Positions 9,818 through 18,597 of a DNA stretch of 43,281 nucleotides are shown one piece after another. The notes beneath the pieces are model-generated. The model did no database searches and was not told the origin of the DNA. It saw nothing but the letters and a program-made list of their open reading frames with translations. The DNA comes from Bacteroidales bacterium (GTDB lineage Bacteria; Bacteroidota; Bacteroidia; Bacteroidales; S143-33), in NCBI GenBank assembly GCA_027031265.1, contig JALVRO010000101.1, positions 1 through 43,281 of the forward strand, in the 5' to 3' direction. The position numbers were made by a program, and so were the translations under genes. Numbering within the stretch: position 1 is the first letter of the stretch; each line of letters opens with the position of its first letter.

Positions 9818-10950
9818 CCCGAAGACTCATCATTGTGACATACTTATTGGTATTAGCTCTTGTACTTACAGCTCAGACACAACAAGATAACCAGAGCCCG
9901 GATATTGCTTTTTATGTCAACTTCCTGGAAAAATCACAGTATATCGACACACTGAGTCTGGAAAACATCTTTATCCTTAACAAACGCAGTGACTTGCGCA
10001 AACTATATATTCAAAGTCTTAGAGCCCAGGTTAAATCCTTACAGACAAGAATCAAGCGCGTGCAAAACTATACCGATAACCTCGAAGCAGAGCTGGACAA
10101 AGTAAAACAAACCTATGCACACATGCTAGTATTCACCTATCTTTACAAAAAATATTTCCCCTCAAATCTCATTTTCATATTCTCGGCCAGAAGTTTCAAC
10201 CAGGCTTATCTGAGGGTTAAATTCTTACAACTCTCAACAAAATATCTTAAATCTTTGACCAGGGTTATATCCATGACAAAACAAGAACTCGAGACACAGA
10301 AAAAAATCCTCCAGCAAAGCCTAGCTATACGAAAAAAATTGATAAAAAAAATCCAATATCAACAAAGCGTTCTAGAAGAAGAATATGCTTTGCTTGCCCA
10401 GATCAAAAAAAACTCTTCGGAATATAAAGCATTACTTCAGGATCTAAAAAATTATGAACTGGTACGCAGCGCTTTGAACCATTCTGTTATGAATGAAATC
10501 AGCCTGGAAAAAGGTAATCTCGAAACCTCCAGACTTACAAAAGTATTCGAACAAAACAAAGGGTTGCTCAAAGCTCCACTCTCTGGCGCTTTAGTCGTTA
10601 TCCCTTTTGGTATTCACGAGCATCCAAAGCTCAAGTCTATCAAAGTCCGGAACGATGGAATAGATATCACTTCCCCCTCAGACTCGATTGTAAAAGCAGT
10701 CCTCGCAGGCAAAGTAACAAACATAATATCCTTACCCAACAAACGCCGTGCTGTACTGGTCAACCATGGTGATTATTTCACTGTCTATTCTAATCTTTAC
10801 AGGGTATTTGTCAATCCTGGTCAACAGTTAAAAACAGGCCAGAGTATAGGCACCATAAAATCTTTACCCGGAGAAAAATATCCTGTGCTAAATTTTCAGA
10901 TCTGGTATAAATCACAAAAACTTAATCCTGAGGATTGGTTAAACATCTAA
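9814..10950 (+). CDS. EnvC-like murein hydrolase activator: coiled coil plus degenerate M23/LytM domain
   Basis: 378 aa. N-terminal signal/TM (LIIVTYLLVLALVLTAQ), about 230 aa of heptad-rich coiled coil, then a C-terminal M23 fold (GIDITSP...VKAVLAGKV...VLVNHGDYFTVYSNL...GQSIGTI...LNFQIW). The canonical His ligands are replaced (see findings). Confidence 0.8.
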   Translation: MTRRLIIVTYLLVLALVLTAQTQQDNQSPDIAFYVNFLEKSQYIDTLSLENIFILNKRSDLRKLYIQSLRAQVKSLQTRIKRVQNYTDNLEAELDKVKQTYAHMLVFTYLYKKYFPSNLIFIFSARSFNQAYLRVKFLQLSTKYLKSLTRVISMTKQELETQKKILQQSLAIRKKLIKKIQYQQSVLEEEYALLAQIKKNSSEYKALLQDLKNYELVRSALNHSVMNEISLEKGNLETSRLTKVFEQNKGLLKAPLSGALVVIPFGIHEHPKLKSIKVRNDGIDITSPSDSIVKAVLAGKVTNIISLPNKRRAVLVNHGDYFTVYSNLYRVFVNPGQQLKTGQSIGTIKSLPGEKYPVLNFQIWYKSQKLNPEDWLNI

Positions 10951-10952
10951 AA

Positions 10953-13900
10953 ATGAAAGCCAACAAAAACATATTTTTCAAACAGCTTGATCACTTTATC
11001 TTCAAATACCACTTAATCAAATTCTTACAGAGCTTATTTATAGGGCTAAGCCTCTTTATCCTTATTACTCTGCTAATAATTCTTTTCAATTATTACACCT
11101 ATCCTTCAGTAAAAACAAAACGCATAATTTTCGCCTTTTACATCCTTATATCATCTGGAACACTACTGGAGTTCGTTCTTATTAAAATTCTACCTATTTT
11201 GAGCAAAAAAAGGCGTATTTCATACAAACAGGCAGCCACCCTTATTATTCAGCTTGATCCTGAATTCGACGATAGGCTCCTTAGTATCATTGACCTGAGC
11301 ACAAAAAACAACCAGCAGCCACTTATCCAGGCTTCTATAAATCAGAAAATTAGCTCGCTTAAATTACTGGATTTCAAAAACATCCTTACACTAAAGCAAA
11401 TAGCCAGATCCATCAGATATGTAGCAGTAACCATCATCTTTTTGCTACTAATTGCATTTTTTAATACTGACTTGCTGAGGACTGGCACAATGAAGTTTGT
11501 TAATTACAATAAATTTTATCCAAAACCAGCTCCATTCAAATTTATTCTCCTGAACTCAAAACTCGAGACTACACAGGATAGTGATTTTACTGTCAGACTT
11601 AAAATCTCTGGAGAACAAATTCCACAAAATGTATTTATTGTCATTAAAGGACAATCATATTTAATGCCCCGCAGCCCAAAAACTAACAACACATTCTACT
11701 ACACAATAAAAAATCCATCCCAACCAATTGAGTTTTATTTCACTGCTTCTGGTTTTAGTTCCACACACTACAAACTAAAAATCAAATATTTACCCCTGAT
11801 AACTTCAAGTAAATTTGTCGAAATTCCTCCTGAATATACAGGTATCAAACCTCAGACTTTCTATAATGTAACAAATCTGGTAGTACCACAGGGTAGCAAG
11901 GTTATAATAAAACTTCGAACCCGATACACATCAAAAATTGTGTTTTCCAGAGACTCAATGGTTATTGACACAATACAACCTAAAAAAACTTCCTCTTTCT
12001 CCACAATAATCCGTAAAGATCAGAATCTAAAAATTCGCCTTATCGGAATAAGCAAACTTACTAATACACTGAGCATAAAAATTAAGACTATACCTGATCT
12101 TTCACCTCTTATAAAACTAGCACAGGCAACAGACTCTACTAATCTTAATATCAAATACTTCAATATCTATATCAACGACGATTATGGCTTCTCATCACTG
12201 CATTTTGTCCTTGAGCAAAATGGGAAAAAAATATCCTATAATATCCCTCTTTCACGGGACAAAGAGCAAAATCTGGCTTTTGCATATTCTTTCGACTCAA
12301 TTATGCGAGACCTGAGAAATATTAATTATTACTTCGTTGTCTGTGACAACAAAACACCTGAACATAATTGCACTAAATCAGAAAAATACTCATTCACAAA
12401 GCCAGATCCGTCTGAGCTCACATCCCAACTGGATTCACTGGATCAAACAATAGAACAGAAAGCCCAAACAGCTAAAATACTGGCACAACAGCTCGAGCAA
12501 ATGTCACTACAATACCAGCAAAAACTTCTAACCGAAAACCTCAGTCAATGGGAGAAAAAAGAATATGCTCGACAGCTCGAACAAAAAACTAATGAACTCC
12601 AGAGCCTTCTAAATGAAATTCAACAACTTAATCAAAAGAGAAACACACTACTCAGTTCCTTCAGCTCACAAAGCGCTGAACTAGAACAAAAACAAAAAAT
12701 GCTCGATCAACTGCTCCAGCAGGTACTTAACAAAGACTTGCGTAAACTCATGGACGAACTAAAACAACTTCTTGAACAAAAACAAGCTCGCATCACTCCT
12801 AAAGACCTGCAGAATATAAACCAGAACTACCAGATGCTCAGCCAGAAACTCGACAAAACAATAGACTTTCTGAAAAAAGTAGCTATACAGCAAAACCTCG
12901 AACAACAAAGCAAATCCCTTGAGGAATTGTCCTCTCGCCAGGACTCACTCCGTCATGCCCTGGGCAAGAAACAATCTAACACTCAATCACTCTCCCAGAA
13001 ACAACAACAATTACAGAAACAGCTTCAGAAAACAGAAAATCAATACAAACAAGCCCTCGAGCAAAACCAGAGCCTCAAACATCCAATACCTATGCAAGAT
13101 CTGTCGCAGAGCTTTGAGAATATCAAAAAAATGATGCAACAAAACCAACAACTTCTCAGCCAGGGCAGGAAACAAAAGAGTCGGAGACTTCAAAAACAAA
13201 TAATCGATAGCCTCCAGAATCTATCACAAAAAATCACACAAAACATGAAACAGGCGCAGGCCAGGGCTCAAATGATTGACCTCATGAAAATATACAAACT
13301 CATATCTTACCTCGAATTTTTTTCTTATAGAGTAGAGCAGACCATCAGCCAGACACAAAAACTCACACCTAACAATCAGTCACTACCAGTTCTGGGAAAA
13401 AGCATAGCATCTCTAAAAAATGAATTTACACCAATTGCTGACTCGCTTTTCTCATTAACGTCTCAGAGTATACAGCTCTCACGCATTATGGACGATAAAA
13501 TTTATAAAATAAAAGCAAACCTATCTTCTCTGCAAACATACCTCGACAAACGCATGAAAAACATGATAGTCCAGCAGGAAAAAGATATTCTCAGCAATAC
13601 AAATATAATCTTACTTATACTGACAGAGGTAGCAACATCTCTCGAAAAACAAATGCAAAATGCTATGCCCAATATGCAACAGCCACAGCAAGGCCAGCAA
13701 CAAGCTCTCATGCCCCTTCAGCAGCTACAAAAACAGCTCCAGCAACAATTAGAAAAACTCATCCAACAGGCAAAGAAAGGACAATTAAATCCCAAAGATT
13801 TGGCACAAAGTCTTATTTTTAAAGAAAAAATTAACTTTGAAATACAAAAACTACTGGATCAATTTTCAAATTCTCTACAGGTAGCCGAAAAACTCAAAGA

Positions 13901-14210
13901 AATTCAGAAAATAAACAACCAAATCGAACGCAACCTCGTAGATAAACAATTGGATGAGTCTCTACTAAAAAGAGCACAACTCATGAAAGTAAAACTCTGG
14001 GAAGCACAAAATGCTATAAAAAAACAAAACCAATACGAAAACAAAAGAATTGCCGAACACCAGAAACAAATATTCTACGATGCTAATCTAAAACAACTTA
14101 ATCTAAAACACATACAACAAACTGATTATCTGAGACTTATACAACAAAACACCTTAAAAGTTAACAAATTTTACTACGATATATTCAAAAGCTATAGGTT
14201 AAACAAATAA
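10953..14210 (+). CDS. Giant membrane-anchored Q-rich coiled-coil protein (possibly DUF4175 family)
   Basis: The track ORF starts at 10935. I prefer the ATG at 10953 (MKANKNIFF), 2 nt after the upstream stop, giving 1085 aa. Three predicted TM helices lie in the first ~170 aa. A ~330-aa beta-rich region follows (FTVRLKISGE..., YKLKIKYLP...). The last ~600 aa is Q/L/K/E-rich coiled coil (e.g. QQPQQGQQQALMPLQQLQKQLQQQLEKLIQQ). The DUF4175 name is from memory only. Confidence 0.6.
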   Translation: MKANKNIFFKQLDHFIFKYHLIKFLQSLFIGLSLFILITLLIILFNYYTYPSVKTKRIIFAFYILISSGTLLEFVLIKILPILSKKRRISYKQAATLIIQLDPEFDDRLLSIIDLSTKNNQQPLIQASINQKISSLKLLDFKNILTLKQIARSIRYVAVTIIFLLLIAFFNTDLLRTGTMKFVNYNKFYPKPAPFKFILLNSKLETTQDSDFTVRLKISGEQIPQNVFIVIKGQSYLMPRSPKTNNTFYYTIKNPSQPIEFYFTASGFSSTHYKLKIKYLPLITSSKFVEIPPEYTGIKPQTFYNVTNLVVPQGSKVIIKLRTRYTSKIVFSRDSMVIDTIQPKKTSSFSTIIRKDQNLKIRLIGISKLTNTLSIKIKTIPDLSPLIKLAQATDSTNLNIKYFNIYINDDYGFSSLHFVLEQNGKKISYNIPLSRDKEQNLAFAYSFDSIMRDLRNINYYFVVCDNKTPEHNCTKSEKYSFTKPDPSELTSQLDSLDQTIEQKAQTAKILAQQLEQMSLQYQQKLLTENLSQWEKKEYARQLEQKTNELQSLLNEIQQLNQKRNTLLSSFSSQSAELEQKQKMLDQLLQQVLNKDLRKLMDELKQLLEQKQARITPKDLQNINQNYQMLSQKLDKTIDFLKKVAIQQNLEQQSKSLEELSSRQDSLRHALGKKQSNTQSLSQKQQQLQKQLQKTENQYKQALEQNQSLKHPIPMQDLSQSFENIKKMMQQNQQLLSQGRKQKSRRLQKQIIDSLQNLSQKITQNMKQAQARAQMIDLMKIYKLISYLEFFSYRVEQTISQTQKLTPNNQSLPVLGKSIASLKNEFTPIADSLFSLTSQSIQLSRIMDDKIYKIKANLSSLQTYLDKRMKNMIVQQEKDILSNTNIILLILTEVATSLEKQMQNAMPNMQQPQQGQQQALMPLQQLQKQLQQQLEKLIQQAKKGQLNPKDLAQSLIFKEKINFEIQKLLDQFSNSLQVAEKLKEIQKINNQIERNLVDKQLDESLLKRAQLMKVKLWEAQNAIKKQNQYENKRIAEHQKQIFYDANLKQLNLKHIQQTDYLRLIQQNTLKVNKFYYDIFKSYRLNK

Positions 14211-14213
14211 ACT

Positions 14214-14618
14214 ATGAAAAAAACATTCAAATTCACATCAGAGTTTCAGAATCTGACTAAAGCAGAAGAAATACTTGAGGAAATCACAAAACGTGTTAAT
14301 CTGAACGAAGAAATATATGGCAATATTCTTTTATCGCTATCTGAAGCGATAAACAACGCTATTATTCACGGTAACAAATTGGACAGGGACAAAAAGGTGA
14401 CTGTATCGTACAGAATTTCTGACGATACTATTGAGCTAAAAGTTTGCGACGAAGGAAAAGGATTTGATCCTGAAAAAATACCTGATCCTACTCTTCCAGA
14501 GAACCTGGAAAAAGAAACCGGGCGAGGCATATTTATAATAAAAAGCCTCTCAGACAAAGTCGAGTTCGAAAATAACGGATCTACAATAGTCATGAAATTT
14601 AATATTGCCAAAAAATGA
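14214..14618 (+). CDS. HATPase_c-type anti-sigma factor-like serine kinase (RsbW/SpoIIAB/SiaB-like)
   Basis: 134 aa. N box EAINNAIIHGN, G1 box DEGKGFD, G2 box GRGIFIIKSL. The size and single-domain layout are typical of partner-switching kinases. No STAS or sigma-factor gene is adjacent. Confidence 0.8.
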   Translation: MKKTFKFTSEFQNLTKAEEILEEITKRVNLNEEIYGNILLSLSEAINNAIIHGNKLDRDKKVTVSYRISDDTIELKVCDEGKGFDPEKIPDPTLPENLEKETGRGIFIIKSLSDKVEFENNGSTIVMKFNIAKK

Positions 14619-15034
14619 TTTACCAGCACACAGAAGACATTGATTTCACATATTCAAACGAAACTATGCTCAGACAGTGGCTCGATAGTGTCGCCCGGCA
14701 GGAAGGCAAAACCATTGGTGAGATAAATATCATTTTCTGCTCCGATGAATACCTGCTCGAGATGAACAAGCAATATCTTAACCACGATTACTACACAGAC
14801 GTTATAACTTTTGATTACTCGGATGACCAGATTATTTCAGGTGATATTTTTATCAGTGTTGATCGTGTCAAAGATAATGCACAGACTTATAAGCAAATAT
14901 TCGCCACAGAACTAAATCGTGTAATAGTACACGGCATCTTACATCTTATCGGATATAAAGACAAAACAGATGCTGAGCAAAAAATAATGAGACAAAAAGA
15001 GAATTATTATTTGCAAAAACTCTCTGAGCTATGA
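14615..15034 (+). CDS. ybeY: rRNA maturation endoribonuclease YbeY
   Basis: 139 aa. The metal motif HGILHLIGYKD has the H-x3-H-x5-D layout; the third ligand position is Asp rather than the E. coli His. An upstream NHDYYTDVITF motif is present. ATGA overlaps on both sides. Confidence 0.9.
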   Translation: MIYQHTEDIDFTYSNETMLRQWLDSVARQEGKTIGEINIIFCSDEYLLEMNKQYLNHDYYTDVITFDYSDDQIISGDIFISVDRVKDNAQTYKQIFATELNRVIVHGILHLIGYKDKTDAEQKIMRQKENYYLQKLSEL

Positions 15035-16905
15035 AAGATACTTTTGACATAATTGTTATTGGAGCCGGACATGCAGGAAGTGAAGCCGCTGCAGCAGCAG
15101 CCCGTATGGGCTCAGAAGTTTTGCTCATTACCCTGGACATGACAAAAATAGCACAGATGTCTTGCAACCCCGCAATGGGTGGTATAGCCAAAGGACAAAT
15201 AATTCGTGAAATAGATGCACTTGGAGGCTTGTCTGGCATCGTCACAGACAGGACAATGATTCAGTTCCGTATGCTAAATAAGTCCAAAGGTCCTGCAATG
15301 TGGAGCCCCCGTGCACAAAATGATAGATTAAAATTTAGCTATGAATGGCGTATGCAACTGGAGAAAATACAAAACCTTTTTTTCTGGCAGGACCATGTTA
15401 AGCAACTAATTATAGAAAATAATACTGTTAAGGGGGTTATCACATCTCTCGGGGTAAAATTCTTTGCCAAAGCTGTTATAATAACAGCTGGCACTTTTCT
15501 AAATGGTATTATTCACATTGGCAGCACACAGCTGCGCGGCGGCAGGATGGGAGATCCTGCCGCTATAGGATTGTCCCAGCAATTAGCGCAGATGGGTATA
15601 GAGACCGGTAGGATGAAAACCGGCACACCTCCACGCCTTGACGGAAGAACTATTAATTTTTCTGTACTGGCCGAACAAAAAGGGGACAATCCTCCAGGCA
15701 AATTCTCTTTTGATCCAGAATCAAAAATGATTTTGCCTGAGCGCAGCTGCTGGATAACGTACACTAACAAGCAGACACATCAGGAACTGGAAAAAGGCTT
15801 TAAGTTTTCACCTCTTTTCAATGGTACAATCAAAGGTATTGGCCCACGCTACTGCCCGAGTATTGAGGACAAGCTTGTTACTTTCCCTGATCGTGATCAA
15901 CATCAACTATTTCTGGAACCAGAGGGCACAGAGACTGTGGAATATTATCTAAACGGTTTTTCTTCTTCTCTGCCACTGGAAGTTCAGGTAAAAGCCTTGC
16001 ATAAAATACCAGGCCTTGAAAAAGTCGAGATATTTCGACCTGCTTATGCAATAGAATACGACTTTTTCCAGCCAACCCAGCTATACCACACATTAGAATC
16101 AAAGCACATTCATAAATTATTCTTTGCAGGGCAGGTTAACGGCACAACTGGTTATGAAGAAGCTGCAGCACAGGGGATCATGGCAGGTATTAATGCCCAT
16201 TTAATCATCAATAACGAGGCACCTATTATCCTTGGACGGGATCAGGCATATATTGGTGTACTGATAGACGATCTGGTAACCAAAGGTGTGGACGAGCCAT
16301 ATAGAATGTTTACCTCGCGCGCTGAATTCCGAATACTTCTCAGACAAGATAACGCTGACCAGCGTCTGACTCCTTTAGGCCATAAGCTCAGATTAATTGA
16401 CGATAGAAGATTCGGATATTTTGAAAAAAAATACAAACACATAGACTCTCTAATCAGATTCTTAAAAGAAACAAGTATAAGTCCTGATGTGATAAATCCT
16501 TTGCTCAAAAAGAAAAATACCACACCAATTAACCAAAGCGTGAAGCTTGAGCGTATATTACTGCGTCCACAAATCACTCTAGATGACCTTATGTCTGCGT
16601 TCGAACCCCTGAAGGAGAAAACTAATGAAGTTGACTTGGATAGAGATGAGGTTTTACAGAGCGTAGAAATACAAATCAAATACGAAAACTATATTGAACG
16701 CGAAAAATTGATAGCCGAGAAAATAAAGAAACTCGAACATATACCACTTCCCAGGGACTTTGACTACAATAAGATTAATTCTCTTTCGACAGAAGCCAAA
16801 CAAAAACTGAATAAGATAAAACCTAAAAATATAGCACAGGCATCTCGTATACCCGGAGTATCTCCATCTGATATCAATAACCTATTAATATTTCTTGGAC
16901 GATAG
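15031..16905 (+). CDS. mnmG: tRNA uridine 5-carboxymethylaminomethyl modification enzyme MnmG (GidA)
   Basis: 624 aa. FAD-binding N-terminus FDIIVIGAGHAGSEAA, then MSCNPAMGGIAKGQIIREIDALGG, GPRYCPSIEDK and FFAGQVNGTTGYEEAAAQG. Confidence 0.96.
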   Translation: MKDTFDIIVIGAGHAGSEAAAAAARMGSEVLLITLDMTKIAQMSCNPAMGGIAKGQIIREIDALGGLSGIVTDRTMIQFRMLNKSKGPAMWSPRAQNDRLKFSYEWRMQLEKIQNLFFWQDHVKQLIIENNTVKGVITSLGVKFFAKAVIITAGTFLNGIIHIGSTQLRGGRMGDPAAIGLSQQLAQMGIETGRMKTGTPPRLDGRTINFSVLAEQKGDNPPGKFSFDPESKMILPERSCWITYTNKQTHQELEKGFKFSPLFNGTIKGIGPRYCPSIEDKLVTFPDRDQHQLFLEPEGTETVEYYLNGFSSSLPLEVQVKALHKIPGLEKVEIFRPAYAIEYDFFQPTQLYHTLESKHIHKLFFAGQVNGTTGYEEAAAQGIMAGINAHLIINNEAPIILGRDQAYIGVLIDDLVTKGVDEPYRMFTSRAEFRILLRQDNADQRLTPLGHKLRLIDDRRFGYFEKKYKHIDSLIRFLKETSISPDVINPLLKKKNTTPINQSVKLERILLRPQITLDDLMSAFEPLKEKTNEVDLDRDEVLQSVEIQIKYENYIEREKLIAEKIKKLEHIPLPRDFDYNKINSLSTEAKQKLNKIKPKNIAQASRIPGVSPSDINNLLIFLGR

Positions 16906-16946
16906 TGTTCCTTGAGGAACAATTCAATTTTTAAACTCAATATATC

Positions 16947-18581
16947 ATGAAAATCAAAGGTAGAATAGTTGATGTTGTCAAAAAACGCATCTATAATGGC
17001 TCTATAAATATCAATCGAGGCAAGATTGAATCTATTAATGAAATACACGAACAGCAGAGTAGGTTTATTATACCTGGTTTTGTTGATGCACACATGCATG
17101 TAGAAAGCTCAATGCTTATACCTACACGTTTTGCCCAGCTTGCCTTGAGTAATGGTACTGTCGCAGCGGTTTGTGATCCACATGAAATAGCCAATGTTCT
17201 TGGGGAGAACGGTGTGGAGTTTATGGTAAACAATGGGAGAAAGTCTCCCTTGAAATTCTATTTTGGAGCACCTTCGTGTGTGCCAGCTACGCCTTTTGAA
17301 ACTTCTGGAGCTGTGCTCGATAGTAAAGCCATAGAGCGTCTATTGCAGAGGGATGATATTTATTTTCTGGCAGAAATGATGAATTATCCTGGTGTTCTAG
17401 ATGATGATCCTGAAGTTGTGGCAAAATTAGAAGCAGCCAAAAAGTTAGGTAAGAAAATAGATGGGCATGCACCCGGCCTTAGAGGGGAAAATTTGAAAAA
17501 ATACATTCAAGCAGGTATAGAGACAGACCATGAGGCTTACACACTAGAAGAGGCTGAAGAAAAAATAAAACTTGGAATGAAAATTCTGATACGTGAAGGG
17601 AGTGCTGCAAAAAATTTCGATGCCTTACATCCCCTTATCGTCAAATATCCAAATATGGTGATGCTTTGTACAGATGACTCCCATCCCGATGATCTAATCG
17701 AAGGCCATATAAATAAAATTGTACGTAAAGCCCTGGCTCGAGGTCATGATTTATACAATGTTCTTAGGGCGGCAAGTTTAAATCCAGGTATTCATTACGG
17801 CCTAAACGTAGGCTTGCTCCAGGAGGGAGATAGTGCTGATTTCCTAATAGTGGATAGTCTGGACGAACTGAATATCCTGGAGGTTTATGTGGATGGCAAG
17901 AAAGTATATGACAAAGAAACGGGGTCTTTAATTAAAATTACAGAAGAAAAACCTATTAATAAGTTTGAAGCTAAAAAGATTAGTGAAGAAGACCTGAGGG
18001 TAAAAAAACAAGATGGTATGCTCAGGGTTATAAAAGCTATGGATAAGCAGCTTATAACAGAACAGATTGTTGTAGAGCCCCGTGTTGCCGGAGAGTATGT
18101 TGTTACTGACACAAAGCGTGATATTTTAAAAATTGTTGTTTTGAACAGGTATATACCTGGCGCTAAGCCTGCTATTGGTTTTATAAGCGGATTTGGATTA
18201 TCGAGAGGAGCTATAGCTTCTACTATTGCACACGATAGTCACAACATTATAGCTGTGGGTTGCTCTGATACTGAAATTGCTGATGCTGTGAATACCCTGA
18301 TTGACCTTGAGGGAGGAATTGTAGTAAATGATGGAATGGGTAATATGATGCACATAAAACTTGACTTTGCAGGCCTTATGGCAGATATGGATGGACAGAA
18401 AATGGCACATGATTATTCTAAGATTAAAAAATTTGTCACAGGTCTGGGGACAAAATTAAATTCACCTCTTATGACTCTATCGTTTATGGCATTACCTGTG
18501 ATACCAAAACTAAAGATGACAGATAAAGGGCTTTTTGATTCGGAAAAGTTTAAAAAAGTTGATTTATTTGTGAAAAATTAA
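16947..18581 (+). CDS. ade: Adenine deaminase
   Basis: 544 aa amidohydrolase. Shows PGFVDAHMHVESSM, a later DGHAPG, and TDDSHPDDL. Length and motifs fit the Ade family. Confidence 0.85.
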   Translation: MKIKGRIVDVVKKRIYNGSININRGKIESINEIHEQQSRFIIPGFVDAHMHVESSMLIPTRFAQLALSNGTVAAVCDPHEIANVLGENGVEFMVNNGRKSPLKFYFGAPSCVPATPFETSGAVLDSKAIERLLQRDDIYFLAEMMNYPGVLDDDPEVVAKLEAAKKLGKKIDGHAPGLRGENLKKYIQAGIETDHEAYTLEEAEEKIKLGMKILIREGSAAKNFDALHPLIVKYPNMVMLCTDDSHPDDLIEGHINKIVRKALARGHDLYNVLRAASLNPGIHYGLNVGLLQEGDSADFLIVDSLDELNILEVYVDGKKVYDKETGSLIKITEEKPINKFEAKKISEEDLRVKKQDGMLRVIKAMDKQLITEQIVVEPRVAGEYVVTDTKRDILKIVVLNRYIPGAKPAIGFISGFGLSRGAIASTIAHDSHNIIAVGCSDTEIADAVNTLIDLEGGIVVNDGMGNMMHIKLDFAGLMADMDGQKMAHDYSKIKKFVTGLGTKLNSPLMTLSFMALPVIPKLKMTDKGLFDSEKFKKVDLFVKN

Positions 18582-18597
18582 AAGTATTGATAAAATA

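Noticed and set aside
12400-14210. The Q-rich region as a possible DNA tandem repeat, CRISPR-like array or contingency locus
   Set aside because: I found no exact or periodic nucleotide repeat unit. The glutamine codons are mixed caa/cag and interspersed with other residues. This is protein-level low complexity within one intact ORF.
14615-15034. YbeY third metal ligand reads Asp (HGILHLIGYKD) instead of the E. coli His, a possible inactivation
   Set aside because: Asp is a competent zinc ligand and the rest of the protein is intact and full-length. It is probably a lineage-typical variant rather than a pseudogene. This would need an alignment of Bacteroidota YbeY proteins to confirm.
16906-16921. 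6-bp hairpin tgttcc/ggaaca after mnmG, and a 5-bp hairpin aacat/atgtt at 36075-36094 after nadB, as terminators
   Set aside because: The stems are too short and weak to call confidently, and comparable hairpins arise by chance. They are mentioned only as possible weak terminators.
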